DNA from: Anthoceros angustus
Lineage: Eukaryota > Plantae > Anthocerotophyta
Direction: 5' to 3'
Assembly: GCA_010909165.1 (NCBI GenBank)
Contig: VJWM01000226.1
Span: 231,605 to 295,604 of the forward strand
Length of the DNA: 64,000 nucleotides
Made by a program: the position numbers and the translations under genes. Numbering within the stretch: the stretch's first letter is position 1; each line of letters opens with the position of its first letter. Positions 12,419 through 23,784 of the stretch are shown piece after piece. The notes beneath the pieces were generated by a model. The model was not told the origin of the DNA and did no database searches. It saw only the letters and a program-made list of their open reading frames with translations.

Positions 12419-13467
12419 TGGCGAGGCCTACCGCACGCCATGCTGCACATCCCTGCGCCTTTCTCTTCAGCCTCGCGGTCGTGCGTCACATCACCCAGAC
12501 CCCAGACTTTGCTTATTTCCACACCTGAGGTACAAGAGCCAAAGGACGCTGCCACGCACATACTTACTTAACACGCTGCAAGCGACTTCAGCGAACAAGA
12601 GCTCGCGTCTAGCGCTTCAATTCCAATTCGCGGCATCAGCTAGCATTCAAAATGTACTGGCTTTGCTTTGCTCTGCTTTTCTTTGCTTTGCGTTGGGTTG
12701 CGTTGCGTTGCTTTGTGTACATATCACCGGTGTCAGGCACCGCCAATTTTGCCCTCTTCTTGTTACTCTACACTTTACATTGCAACGACTCTTCTCTTAT
12801 CTTTCAATTCCATTTCAATGCCGAGTCTAGTGTGCCCTAACTCAGGGACACATGCCATACCGAAAATACAAAATAAAACCTTTTCCGGGCCTTTCCATCT
12901 GTATCTTGTTTCCAAGTATTCCATGTCTGTAATGTGGGTTCTATCAATCGCTTTGCATTCATACCATGAAAATTTGAAGCAACAAAACACGACGTTTTTG
13001 CATGAAAATAGTTTGGAATGTGTGAAAGGTTAAAAGAGTAGTCTAGACGATTTGGTACCTGTTGTTCACTGTCTCACTGAGGCTAGCAACACCTGACTGG
13101 CTGAGAGAGCCCTTGAGCCGATCTTTGGGCGTGGCACATAGCCATTTGTCTTTGCGGACAACATAGCAGTGTTGGTTGTCACAGGCAACTGCACCTGATA
13201 CATATGCTGCTGCAGGAAGGGAGGGGATCATGATGAGAGCTTCTGCTGCAGGTTTCTATCAGTCCATCAAAACGCTGATTCTTGAGTGTCCTGAGGCCAG
13301 TAGGCTGCAGGTTGCGGAGCTGGGGCTTGGAGAAGTCCTGGCCCGAGTGACCTGCTAGCGCTCTTTCGAGCCATGTCTTTGGAGGAGCTCATACTTGCCA
13401 GCGAATTTTTCGTCAGACACCGATTGGGAGCGCTACTTGAAAACCGTAGCATCACCAAACTCCGAGT

Positions 13468-14437
13468 AAGGTTCTCGCGGCAGGAATATGCAGGATTGCG
13501 AGCGACGACGTCGCGGTGGAAGAGTGGAAGAAGAATGGAAGAAAAAAATGGGGTGGAAGGATGTTAGAGATTCAATCATCTGCTACTTACTCTAGTATAT
13601 TAGGATATACTAGGATATTGCACTCTCGAGTCTAGGGCTTACCTCCTCGATAGTTGCCTAGCCTAAGGGCTATATATGTAGCACCTGCACCATATTGATG
13701 TGTACCGTGGAGCCTATCTAAGCCGGTGGTGCTATTGCGTGTGCCATCCATTGCCTCTGCTTGTGTCTGCATGTTGATCACATGTGTTGCCCAGCCGTGT
13801 CTCGAGCTATTTCTTACATGGTATCGGGCGGGAACACTAATCGCGAGACTTGATAAGAGAGGACGGAGTTGTGATGGCGATGGGCTCAGTAACCACCGCG
13901 GCCTTGAGGATGCGGGTGTTTGGAACGGAATTCCATGTATGGAAAAGGTCCATGAAGGTTCTCGGCAGAATATGCGGGATTGCGGCAGCGTCGCGGTGGA
14001 AGAGTGGAAGAAGAATGGAAGAAAAAAATGGGGTGGAAGGATGTTAGAGATTCAATCATCGCTACTCTAGTATATTAGGATATACTAGGATATTGCACTC
14101 TCGAGTCTAGGGCTTACCTCCTCGATAGTTGCCTAGCCTAAGGGCTATATATGTAGCACCACCACCATATTGATGTGTCTTGTGGAGCCTATCTAAGCCG
14201 GTGGTGCTATTGCGTGTGCCATCCATTGCCTCCCTTGTGTATTAGCTGTGTTGATCACATGTGTTGCCCAGTGTTGTGTCGAGCTAGTTCTTACATGGTA
14301 TCGGGCGGGAACACTAATCGCGAGACTTGATAAGAGGACGGAGTTGTGATGGCGATGGGCTCAGTAACCACCGCGGCCTTGAGGATGCGGGTGTTTGGAA
14401 CGGAATTCCATGTATGGAAAAGGTCCATGAAAGTTCT
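13468..14437 (+). repeat. ~480-bp head-to-tail duplication of flank + LTR + PBS + gag start
   Basis: Flank (…GGGGTGGAAGGA) + LTR 13562-13818 + PBS 13819 recurs as LTR 14042-14295 + PBS 14296. The junction uses AAGGTTCT/AAAGTTCT microhomology. Confidence 0.9.
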
Positions 14438-16549
14438 GCTGATGGCAGAGGATGCGTATGGCATTGCCGAGGGCAAAGAGCCGAAACCGGAAGATGAGGG
14501 GAGAGAGCAGAGAGAATGGATGCGGAGAGACCACAAGGGTACAGCTCTCCTATATATGAATCTCTCTATGGCAGTCCAGCTGAAGGTCGGAGAACCAGAC
14601 AAGGGCACGGAGTACATTTGGAATCTTCTCAATGAGAAATATGGCTAGAAGGGAGCAGGTGAAGTATTTCACTTGTTTTGTCGCGTGACGACATTGAAGT
14701 ATTCAGACGGAGACGATTTGCGAAAGCACATCGACACCTTTCACGAATGGTTTACAGCGCTAGCATCAGCTAACGAGCGCTTTGCTATCCAGGAGGACAT
14801 ACAGAAGATGTTTCTATATCGTTCTATGCCTGAAGCTTGTTCAGGGTTCATAGATTTCCTAATAGCACAAGACACTCTCACATGGGAGGAGGTCACCTCT
14901 AAGATGTTGGCGAAGGAGACTCGCCAGTTGGACGCAATGGCGGATCTTCAACAGTCCGAGTATGCAATGTTCATCAAGGGAAGGGATGGAACAAGCGGAA
15001 CAAGGACAAGGTGGGGAGTCCTCGCAGGATGAAGGACAAGAGAATAGTGAAGAGGGGACAAGGCAAATGCTTCAAGTATGGTCATTATGAGAAGGATTGC
15101 AAGGATCGAAGACCGCACATCTCACGGAGGGTGAGAGTAAAGGTGAGGTTGCGGAGGCAACGCTCATGAGAAGAAGTATCGCACGCTGCTACAAAGACAC
15201 AAGCAAACGATACCGACGATAGATTACGCATGTACATCCTTTATGGTGAAGGATAAGGAGCTCCTTCAAGACTACGGAGGGAGAAGGCAGTGCGCCTAGG
15301 GAGCGATGAGATAGGCGTCGAGGTGTGGGGAGTCTGAGCTCGGTTGCTCGGCGAGGTCAAGGCAATGGAAGGAGCGCTATTTGTACCGAACCTACATAGA
15401 AATCTCATGTTTGTGGCACCATTGGCCGTCACGGGTTTGCAGTCCTTTTACGAAGAAGGAAGTTTTGTTTACGAAGAATGGTCGGATGCAGCGATGTGGT
15501 GGCAAAAGGCCACCGTCTGAGAACTTGCGGATGGAGGTTCACGATGACCAAGAGGTTACGGCGATCGAGAAAGGTGGAAATGCCTTCATGGCATAGGCGG
15601 TTTGGGCATACCAACTTGAAGTTTCTCACGGAGATGGCGGAAGAAGCTCGTGATGCATGGAGCTCGAGGCGAGAACTTAGTGCATGGCGCTTGTATGAAA
15701 GGCAAGCATCCCGAAGGTCTTATGTTTCGATCCACGAGAGCAAAGAAGTCTTGGAACTTGTCCACTCGATCTTTGCGGACCAATGCAAGTGGAAGCAAGG
15801 ATGATACAGGCGAGATACTATATTTCGTTTATCGGCGACTACATGGAGAAACGGTGTACTTCTGGAAGAAGAGTGGCGCTCTCAAGCATTTCGGATGTTG
15901 AGGCATTGCGGAGAAACAAAGGAAAGAAGTTGAAGAAACTTGAGGCGATGGAGGAGAGTATTTAAGTAAACTCTTCAAGGATGAATGCACGGCCGGAATT
16001 GAGAGGCGATTGTGACAAGGTACGCAGTGAGGATCAGGCGGAAGAATCGTACCATCTGCAATGGCGCTAGGAGTATGCTAGCGGAAGCGAGGATGCCAAA
16101 ATATTTTTGGGATCACGGGTGCAGCACGGTACGTCTGAGAATATGTCAATTACCATGGCGCTAGGTGGCTCTATGACACCCCATGAAGCTTGGCTTGGTG
16201 AGAAACCAAATGTCTCACACTTGAGAGTGTTTGGCTGTGTAGCATATGTGCATATTCCTAAGCAACTGCGGAAGAAGTTGGACGATAGAAGCATCAAGTG
16301 CAGCTTCATTGGTTATGCTAATGAGCGAAAGGCTTACAGATTGTGGGATCCCGTCAGCAAGCAGACGTATGAAAGTTCTGATGTCGTGTTCGCTGAGAAC
16401 AACATTGGAAGTCATACGGAGAGCACGGATGCTTACACGGACCTCGACTCTGAGTTTATCCTGGACACCTTCCTTGTCCCAGATCCACCAACGACAGCAG
16501 AAGAGGATCACCACACACCGGAGGGTGATGGTGAGGACATCCCAGCAAG
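13562..16549 (+). mobile_element. Ty1/copia LTR retrotransposon, 5' part (LTR, PBS, gag, protease, integrase; frameshifted; RT/RH absent)
   Basis: LTR TGTTAGAG...TTACA (14042-14295), PBS TGGTATCGGGC at 14296, gag (FHVWKRSMKVLL..., LKYSDGDDLRKHID.F), WHRRFGH (GAG-pre-integrase), and TPHEAWLGEKPNVSHLRVFGCVAYVHIPK..RKKLDDRS.KC.FIGY. Coding sequence stops abruptly at 16549. Confidence 0.9.
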
Positions 16550-17127
16550 CACTACTACAAAAGGAGGCAGAATATGACGAAATTAAAGACAAGGATGTGA
16601 CATTTGTGTCTCGTTCATGACAGGCTCACTCGGCCGGAAATTTGTGGTTTGTTTGTCATAAGAATATCGTTCTCGATTTCTGAATGACGGTGTCTGACGA
16701 TTGGGAATTTTCCCGTTCGCGGTTCCTGTTGGCGGAATTCCTGTCCTGGCAACCACTCTCTCACTTGCAGTCGCGGTGTTCGGTCGGCGATGTTCGCAAC
16801 ATCCTGCGGGTAGGGTTCCGTCGAAAATGCAGCCGCACGTCCGTCTTCCCCCTCCAGCGAAAACCCAGTCGGAATGTGGGGACGCGGGCCAGGTGGCATG
16901 GGCATCCTATCTATATGGGGTTCTGGGGGGGAGGAGGGGAGTGCCACGTGGATACCCATTGGTGTCCCGGAAGTGCAGCACGTTTGTCCTTTCCACATTA
17001 TGCTTTCGTCGTACGGTTGACGGCCCCATCGAGCAAGCACATTCAGCGTGAGGCCTCCGTGGTCAAGCGCATGCGGCGTCGCTGAATTTTCCATCTTTGG
17101 CAAGCGTTATCTGGCGTTTAATGAATA
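16550..17127 (+). mobile_element. Probable CACTA (EnSpm) left terminus and subterminal region truncating the copia element
   Basis: Starts CACTACTACAAAAGGAGGCAGAATATGACG exactly where copia coding ends. Several TATGAC/GTCATA/ATGAC-like subterminal motifs follow. Confidence 0.55.
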
Positions 17128-17966
17128 TCTATTTATATATACTAAAAGTGTCATGATTACTTTGGGAAACCGCAGTTTATTACCCATTACTTCAATTGTT
17201 TAGGCAAAACAATAGGCTATCGACACATCCGTCCATCTTTTGAGCCAACAGCCGTCCCTAGCCGTGTAGTCCTATCGGATGACGCCACATGCACATCCAG
17301 CCACCCCACTTGAATGTTCGCCAGTCGAAAAAAGCCGGTTCAGTGATCTATGCTAGACCTACACGCTGAAACACCCTCGGAGGATGCCTACACTTTCTTC
17401 TTCTTCATAGCTCCTTTGCGTGCGGGTGCGTCCTTTCGTTTCTTCGATGGGAAGCCCAAGTTCCGTTTTGCAGGGGGTTCGGGCCCATCCCACCCATCTA
17501 CAAGCCCCTCGCATCTCGATCAGGGGCCTGGTGACTCTGGGTCGGAGTTCTTTGGCGAACTGCGTTTCTGCACAATGTCGGAGGTGGATCCACCTCACTT
17601 AAGATTTTCTTGATTTACCTTTGAGTTGCATTGCACATGGTCCTTTGCACACGGCGCTCTCCTCCTCCCCTCTCTGGTGTGTTTGCATCTGCGAACACAC
17701 CACAGAGCACTCAATTAGACTGTCGTATGCACCAAGTTCTCTCAGGCATGGCCAGCCACAATCACTAACCGGGAACAGGGGTATGTACTTACCTGTAGGT
17801 TCTTCATCTCCATTTCCGACATGGTTCGCTTCTCCTCCTCCTCCTCCTTCGATCCTCCACGCCGGCGGATCCTCCAAACAACCCCACGCCGGCGCATAGC
17901 AAACATGGGTCCGCGTAGCACAAACTCGTAGGCACAAAAGGCACTGAGTGCTCAAGGACAAACTAG
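17128..17966 (+). mobile_element. Probable non-autonomous Helitron
   Basis: 5' A|TCTATTTATATATACTAAAAG. 3' short hairpin GCACTGAGTGC about 11 nt before CTAG|T. Inserted between A (17127) and T (17967). The hairpin stem is weak. Confidence 0.5.
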
Positions 17967-18523
17967 TAAACATATCGTGGACGTGTACAAAGTATGTACG
18001 TTATCCGTGTGACGTATATGCTTAATTTATATAAAATAGAATATGACCATATATCACAGGAAATTACCATATAGTATATGTTACCATGAACAATTCGTGT
18101 ATTTTACAAAGAATGTATTCATGTATGTATTTATATATATGTGTATTCATACGAGTATCGGTGGGAACTACTAAGTAAAACTAGGTATTCCATAGGGTAA
18201 TAGTAGTAAAAAGAGGAAGGTAGATGGGGAGGAGGTTCGGTACCAAGCCTGCAAAATTGTAACAAGAGACGATGTAACACTTTGGTTGTTGCAATTATGT
18301 TGAAATTTTGCGAGGGGACACAAACCACCTCTCACTACATTGCAACATAATTGCAACAAGACTGTAACATGACTGTAACAAGGTGGGGGGGTTGGTTTCC
18401 AAACCTAATTGTAACAAGGGGTCCCAAAAGTGTAACAAGACCCCAAGATTTTAACATAATTGCAGCAAAGGGGGGTCCAAATCTTAACATAAAGTGTAAC
18501 ATGACTGCCCTTTTCTAGTAGGG
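17967..18523 (+). mobile_element. CACTA right terminus of the same family as the 45.7-59.7 kb element
   Basis: About 18110-18523 aligns by eye with about 59250-59675 (GATGGGGAGGAGGTT, AACCACCTCTCACT, GGGGTCCAAATCTTAACATAAAGTGTAACAT...CCCTTTTCTAGTAGGG). Rich in TGTAAC/TTGCAAC subterminal repeats. Confidence 0.8.
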
Positions 18524-20290
18524 AGAGTCGGGCCGCAACCGGGCCACATGTGCCCTCTTCCCTGATGTTCGCTGAATTCTGGCCCCTGTCTTCGCTCTCT
18601 TCAGGTGGTTGTAGCACCGCGCCTTGGTACAATTCGAGAACTTTGTTCGGATGACTTCCCAATTGGTCACAGCTGGGTACTCCTCCGCCACTACGTCCAT
18701 AAGCTCAGACCGAAGCGCTGCATCATGCTTTGTCCAACACTTCAAAAACACAAGTCTGGCAGCAACCAATTCCTGGATCCTCTTCTCCATGGACAATTTG
18801 TCCGCCCCGATGACCCCTCCCGTCACATGACAAGTAAGTCCGCCTTTGTCCGCCTCCGCACACAATCGGGCGGCCAATTGTGAGATCTTGTGATGCCCAT
18901 GAGTCCTGATCAAACGCCTGATGACCTCTGTAGGCAATTCCGATGCAAGAAGGTCCAACAACCGGGGCTTGGCCGCTGACGCGGGACACAAGTGTTCCCC
19001 CACGGGTCCTTCGGCTGAGTCCTGACCATCCTCGGGCTGCGAGCTGTGAGCTTGTGCGTCGTCAGCTCTTTCCTCCTCAGAAACTTCTTGCATGTCCGGG
19101 GGGAGCATGTCGTCCTCATTCTCGGAGCAGGTGACATCTACCTCGTCTTCCCCATCTGCCCATGTTGCAAGCCCGTCTGCCGTGCTTTGCCAACGCCCAC
19201 CGCTCGTCATGTCTTCCCCCAACTGAAGCAACGTAGACTGGTTACGAGTTGTTCCCCTCTTGCCACTGCGGATGCAGGATCTTGCTCCTCCTCCTAGATT
19301 TCCTAGCAGTGGTGGGTCTGCAGTAGCATCGCCTTGGGTTTGCTTTCGTTAGCAAATTGCGGGGCATCAAGGTAGTGGTGATCTCAAAATGCACCTACCG
19401 AATTTGAATGAAGGGCCTGGATCAAGGTGCCAGACTGTCGTACCTACTTGCGTCTTGTGTTCCGGCCAGATGTCATGCTCACGTCGGAGTCTCCTGCCCG
19501 TCCCGCGTTTGGTGATGGCTGTGCCCTGCCATCAGTCAGCTCGTCTGGTGAATACAGGTCCACGTACAGCGTCAGTGGGCAAAGTTCGGATGGAAGGATC
19601 GGGGAGCGTCCACACTTCACCGCTGGAGCCGGCTGCATCGGGGCCTCATCCCGGAGCACGGCATTGGAAGTTCTATCGGGTGTGGCGTCGGCCACGACGG
19701 CGGCACCAACGCCCTCTTCCGCAGGCAGGGCTGGGACCTCCACGTCCAGATGCTCCGGGACCCGCACGGCCCCAACATTGGGCTGTGTTTGAGGCCCGTC
19801 GGCAAGGGACGAACCTCCCCCGAACCCATCCCCCAGCCCGGTCTCCACGCTTTGGCTTTGGTTCGGCGTGGGCTCTGCTGACAAATTGCTGGCTCTTCCA
19901 TCGCCTGCTTTCCCGCCCTCTGACCTTCCAGACAGAAGGCCGCGCCCACGCATTCCGTGCCCGCCCCTTCGCTGCGTAAGACGTCCGGCCGCTGCTGCCA
20001 GCGCTAGCCGACGCTCTGCTGCTGCTGCTCTCACGTCCCGAGCCCGTGCCAACAGCCCCGGTTCCAAACTCATGGCTATGGCCTTCGCCATATCCTCGTC
20101 CACGCCAGGCTGTGTTTGAAGCGGTATTTGTCTGGCGCATCCATCTTGAGACCAATCGTGACCAATTCACGGGGATCGACATCCATGGCACCTGGGATGA
20201 GATTGGTGGTAGGGCTCACTGCACTAACGATGCGGTTCCTGGGGAGCTCCTCACCCATGTCACCAAAGCACCGTAAAAGCCGCACGCCGT
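18524..20290 (-). pseudogene. Fragmented gene of unknown function (TE cargo?) with a UIM-like motif and acidic/helical regions
   Basis: ORFs 19444-20103 (DEDMAKAIAMSLE; RAAAAERRLA) and 18515-19231 (acidic stretch, then ELMDVVAEEYPAVTNWEVIRTKFSN). The second ORF runs directly into the CACTA TIR. Confidence 0.4.
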
Positions 20291-20559
20291 TGGAACCCGC
20301 TTGGGAAGGTAGTCGCGCTAGAGGGCATGCAGGGAATGGTAACCGCGGCTAGGTGGGACAACCTGGCCTCCTCCAACCCGACCACAGCCAGTGAACGTAA
20401 ATGACTAGCCGCATGTACCGTTGCTACTTATGAGCGCTCTTCTTGAAGAGCCTGTCATTTCTCGGCCCGGAAATGGCGGAGCTGGGAAGCAACCTCCCTG
20501 CGACCAGAATTCCCACCTCTAGAGCGACGGAGACACCATCGGGGAAGAGAAAGAAACAA

Positions 20560-22160
20560 AGTCCAGGCTGGTTCATCTTTAGAGATTCGCGCGCCGCCCT
20601 GGGTACCTCATTTGCTCTGTCCCCCCCTCTCCAGGTTTTCTTTCTCAACTTGGAGATTTCGACAAGCAGTTTATACAGTCTCTGGGAGACATTATCGGCC
20701 CAGGTTCCTTTGATATGGGACTGGCCATGACAGGCGTTCCTCCCATCGCTTTTGGTAGCAGTCTTTTGGCCATGGAGGCCTCGGTGCCAGCGACTTTTCT
20801 ACGAAGCAGGGCCCTCTCAACCCCAATTTTGGCCTCTCGCTTCTTTATCCAAGATAGCAGCATTTTGGAGAATTTCGTCGCAGGAGTTGAGGAGGGGTGC
20901 TTCCCCCTCCAAGTGTCCCTAAGGTCGGCTAGGGACCTCTTACCCCCTCTGGCCAGGGAGGCCATGCCTTCTTTTTCTTCGTTTCTCGCAGACGAGCTTC
21001 CGGGGTTGCAGGCTTCTCTCCAGGAGAAGCATTATGGGCAAGTGCTGAAGGGTCTTCTTTTAGATTCATCTATTCCTCGTCCAGCTAGAGCTCGCCTTCG
21101 CTCTTGCTTAGGGAAGGTGCAGTTCACAGCTCCCGGCTCACAGCTCGGCTCCTGCTCACAGCTCCACAGCTCCCAGCTCCGGCTCACAGCTCCCGGCTCC
21201 TGGCTCACAGCTCCACAGCTCCAGCTCCCAGCTCCACAGCTCCAGCTCCCAGCTCACAGCTCACAGCTCCTGGCTCCACAGCTCACAGCTCCACAGCTCC
21301 CAGCTCCCAGCTCCCAGCTCCACAGCTCTCACAGCTCCTGGCTCCACAGCTCTTGGCCCGTCCTTGCATTCAGGAGTTCTGAATTGCACCAGATTCTTTT
21401 TCTACCGCGACGAGGTTTCGCCTGGGTTTGGTCCTACCACTAACCTGTTCTCTTCCGGCCTGCTGCTATGGGGCCTCCGTCGACGACCCCGGGGCCCACT
21501 TAGTGCGTTGTCCGATGGGTGGACAACGTATTCCTACACACGACGCCGTCTGAGATGTCATGTTCTCGAAGGCCAAGGAGAGTGGTTTCTTCCCTTTCAA
21601 GGAGCGGCTGTATACTCTACTTAATGGCGTCTCTATCAGAGCTGACCTTTTCTTGACGCGGGGGAACGAGGTCTCGGTTGCGAACAAGATTATCACTGAC
21701 CCAACTAGAGACTCTGTTAGCGACCATGTCATCATCAACCCTCCAGGTTGGGCGGTAGAAGGGAGCGCAACTAAGAATATATACAGGTATAGGCCCATGC
21801 AGCAAGGTCACATTTTCATCCCCCTTGCCATTGAAACCCATGGGGCCTTGGGTAAGGTTTTTTCTCGTTTTATCAAGGAGTGCGCAAAGGTCTTTCACAA
21901 TGACAAGGGTGGGGTTGGCCTCCCCCTTTCTAGTGTCATGGTATATTTCAAGCAACGAGTTTCCATCGCCTTGCTGGAGATGCGACATAGGCGGCACCAG
22001 TGGTAAGTAGGCCCTTCCCTATCTCGGACGGTGACATCTTAGGGACGGTTGGGGGTTATAGTGTAGATTCATGCTGGGGCACGCCCCCCTTGGCCTGATG
22101 CTCCGTCGTGGGTTGTCCCCGTTCGCCTTAGGGTAGAAGGATTTCGTTTTTTTATAAAGT
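20560..22160 (+). mobile_element. 5'-truncated, decayed non-LTR retrotransposon of the RLE type (CRE-like): post-RT region, CCHC knuckle and restriction-like endonuclease
   Basis: Joined frames give FDKQFIQSLGDIIG...PATFL.SRAL, ARARLRSCLG, FSTATRFRLGL, CCYGASVDDPGAHLVRCPMGGQRIPTHDAV, E...RADL, II.DP, K..YRY and FIPLAIETHGALG...F.QRVSIAL. A T-rich/ATAAA stretch near 22147 may be the 3' end. Ends approximate. Confidence 0.75.
21125..21352 (+). repeat. Irregular CAGCTC/CACAGCTC/CGGCTC microsatellite array inside the RLE element
   Basis: Read directly; ~230 bp of CAGCTC-type units. Confidence 0.95.
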
Positions 22161-22442
22161 CTTCACATTCTCTTCTAATCATCAACATTATAATATCAAG
22201 CTCAGGTTACCTCCAATGGCTAAGAAAGAGACTAAAACAATGTCTTAAATGATTTGAGTTTTTTTTTTGTTGGATATATAAGTTTTTGCTTAGGATTATG
22301 TGACTATTTGAGCTCATGAAGTATAATTCATTGGTATAGCGATATATTATAGTGCGATATGTCATTAATTAAGTCTTAGTTGCTTCCTTTCCATCCAAAA
22401 ACTAGTAATTTTTGTTGCAATTCAACTTGAATATAGATATCT

Positions 22443-22575
22443 TATTATTGGAGTTCTATTATAAAGTTGTTGTTCATCCACACATATCCTTTATTTTTGG
22501 AGTTCTATTATTAAGTTGTTGTTCATCCCCACATATCCTTTATTATTGCATTGTTGTTGTTCAGCCACCCATATC
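22443..22575. repeat. ~49-bp tandem repeat (about 2.5 copies) in an AT-rich segment
   Basis: GGAGTTCTATTAT.AAGTTGTTGTTCATCC.CACATATCCTTTATT starts at 22450 and 22499; a partial third copy follows. Confidence 0.8.
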
Positions 22576-23315
22576 TTCTACCACCTCCATGGTCTTTTGA
22601 TACTTGTATGTCTGTGGTAATATTTTTTTCTACATGTAATATAAAATAATCCAAGGGTTCTTGTTTTAAGACATAAATTTTTATGGGACTAAAAGGTCAT
22701 ATGAATGCTAAGGATCCAACGAAATATAACATTTAACAAGCCTAAAGGAAAAAAGGCTACAATGCATTTACTTCATAAGTATATCCATAAAAAGAAAAAA
22801 TATTTTAGTTTATAGTTAATGATAAAAGCCTTTTACAGCATTTAATACATCATAGAAATTAAGTTGTAAACTCCCATTCAGTAACGCCCCTTACTACGCA
22901 GCCCATAAGGAAGTGACAAGTGCTGGCTTCCCAACGGTCTAGAACCTCGTCGATTCACTCCACACGAGACTTGCATGATTCTCAGTGCTCTCAACCTCAC
23001 GACGCAGCATTAGGCTCCAAGTAGCCGGCCGTCCACTAACGACTCGCAGGCCACCTCCTTGAGGTGCTGCTCTTTATTGAAAGAATACACACTTGAGTCT
23101 GGCTATTTACGCCCAACTGGCTATTGCCCTTGACTCAAAGACAAGCGCACTAGCTAAGCTCTCTAATGCTCTCTCAACATAAGGCTTGCAACGCATCATA
23201 AACTAAATGATGATGATGAGAATCATGTCCATCATAGCCTTTGCTCTTGCCCTTATATATCCCACATGTTCGCCTTAACTAGGCAGCTCTTAACTCAAGG
23301 GTTTCTTACAGACCA

Positions 23316-23427
23316 CTGATCACTAAGAGTCCTCTTTAGGTAGCTCTTCATTAGTGGCTATAGCAATTCCTCTGATCACTAAGAGTCCTCTCTAGGCAGC
23401 CCTTCATTAGTGGCTGTAGCAATTCCT
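23316..23427. repeat. 56-bp tandem duplication
   Basis: CTGATCACTAAGAGTCCTCT.TAGG.AGC.CTTCATTAGTGGCT.TAGCAATTCCT starts at 23316 and 23372. Confidence 0.85.
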
Positions 23428-23784
23428 TCTCTAATAGAAGATAAACTGAAGCGTGCAACAAGCATTTTTTAACAACAAGCATTTTTTAACAGGGCAGCTA
23501 CTAATTAACTTCTTACTTTTTTTTATCTTTTCATTTTTCTACCTTATTTTACCAATATCACTACTAATTTTTTTTACCTCTATTCACTTTCTATCTTATT
23601 TCACCAATGTTATTCAGTGGAATCCTTGAGAATTCACTTTCCAACTTATTGCATGGTCATCCAACCGTTGATGTTTTCATTTAAAATAGATTAAAAGAAT
23701 GGAATGCGCAACAAAAATGTACTGCATCCTTCCTAGTGGATGTCTTATAAATTACAATGCATTCTAGCAAAATTTGCCGAGTTT

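Noticed and set aside
13043-13460. Possible pseudogene fragment left of the copia insertion
   Set aside because: All frames are interrupted and no motif was recognised.
22880-23460. Possible solo LTR (AGTAACGCCCC...TTACA or ...GCAACA)
   Set aside because: It does not start with TG, and no matching 4-6 bp TSD was found for either candidate end.
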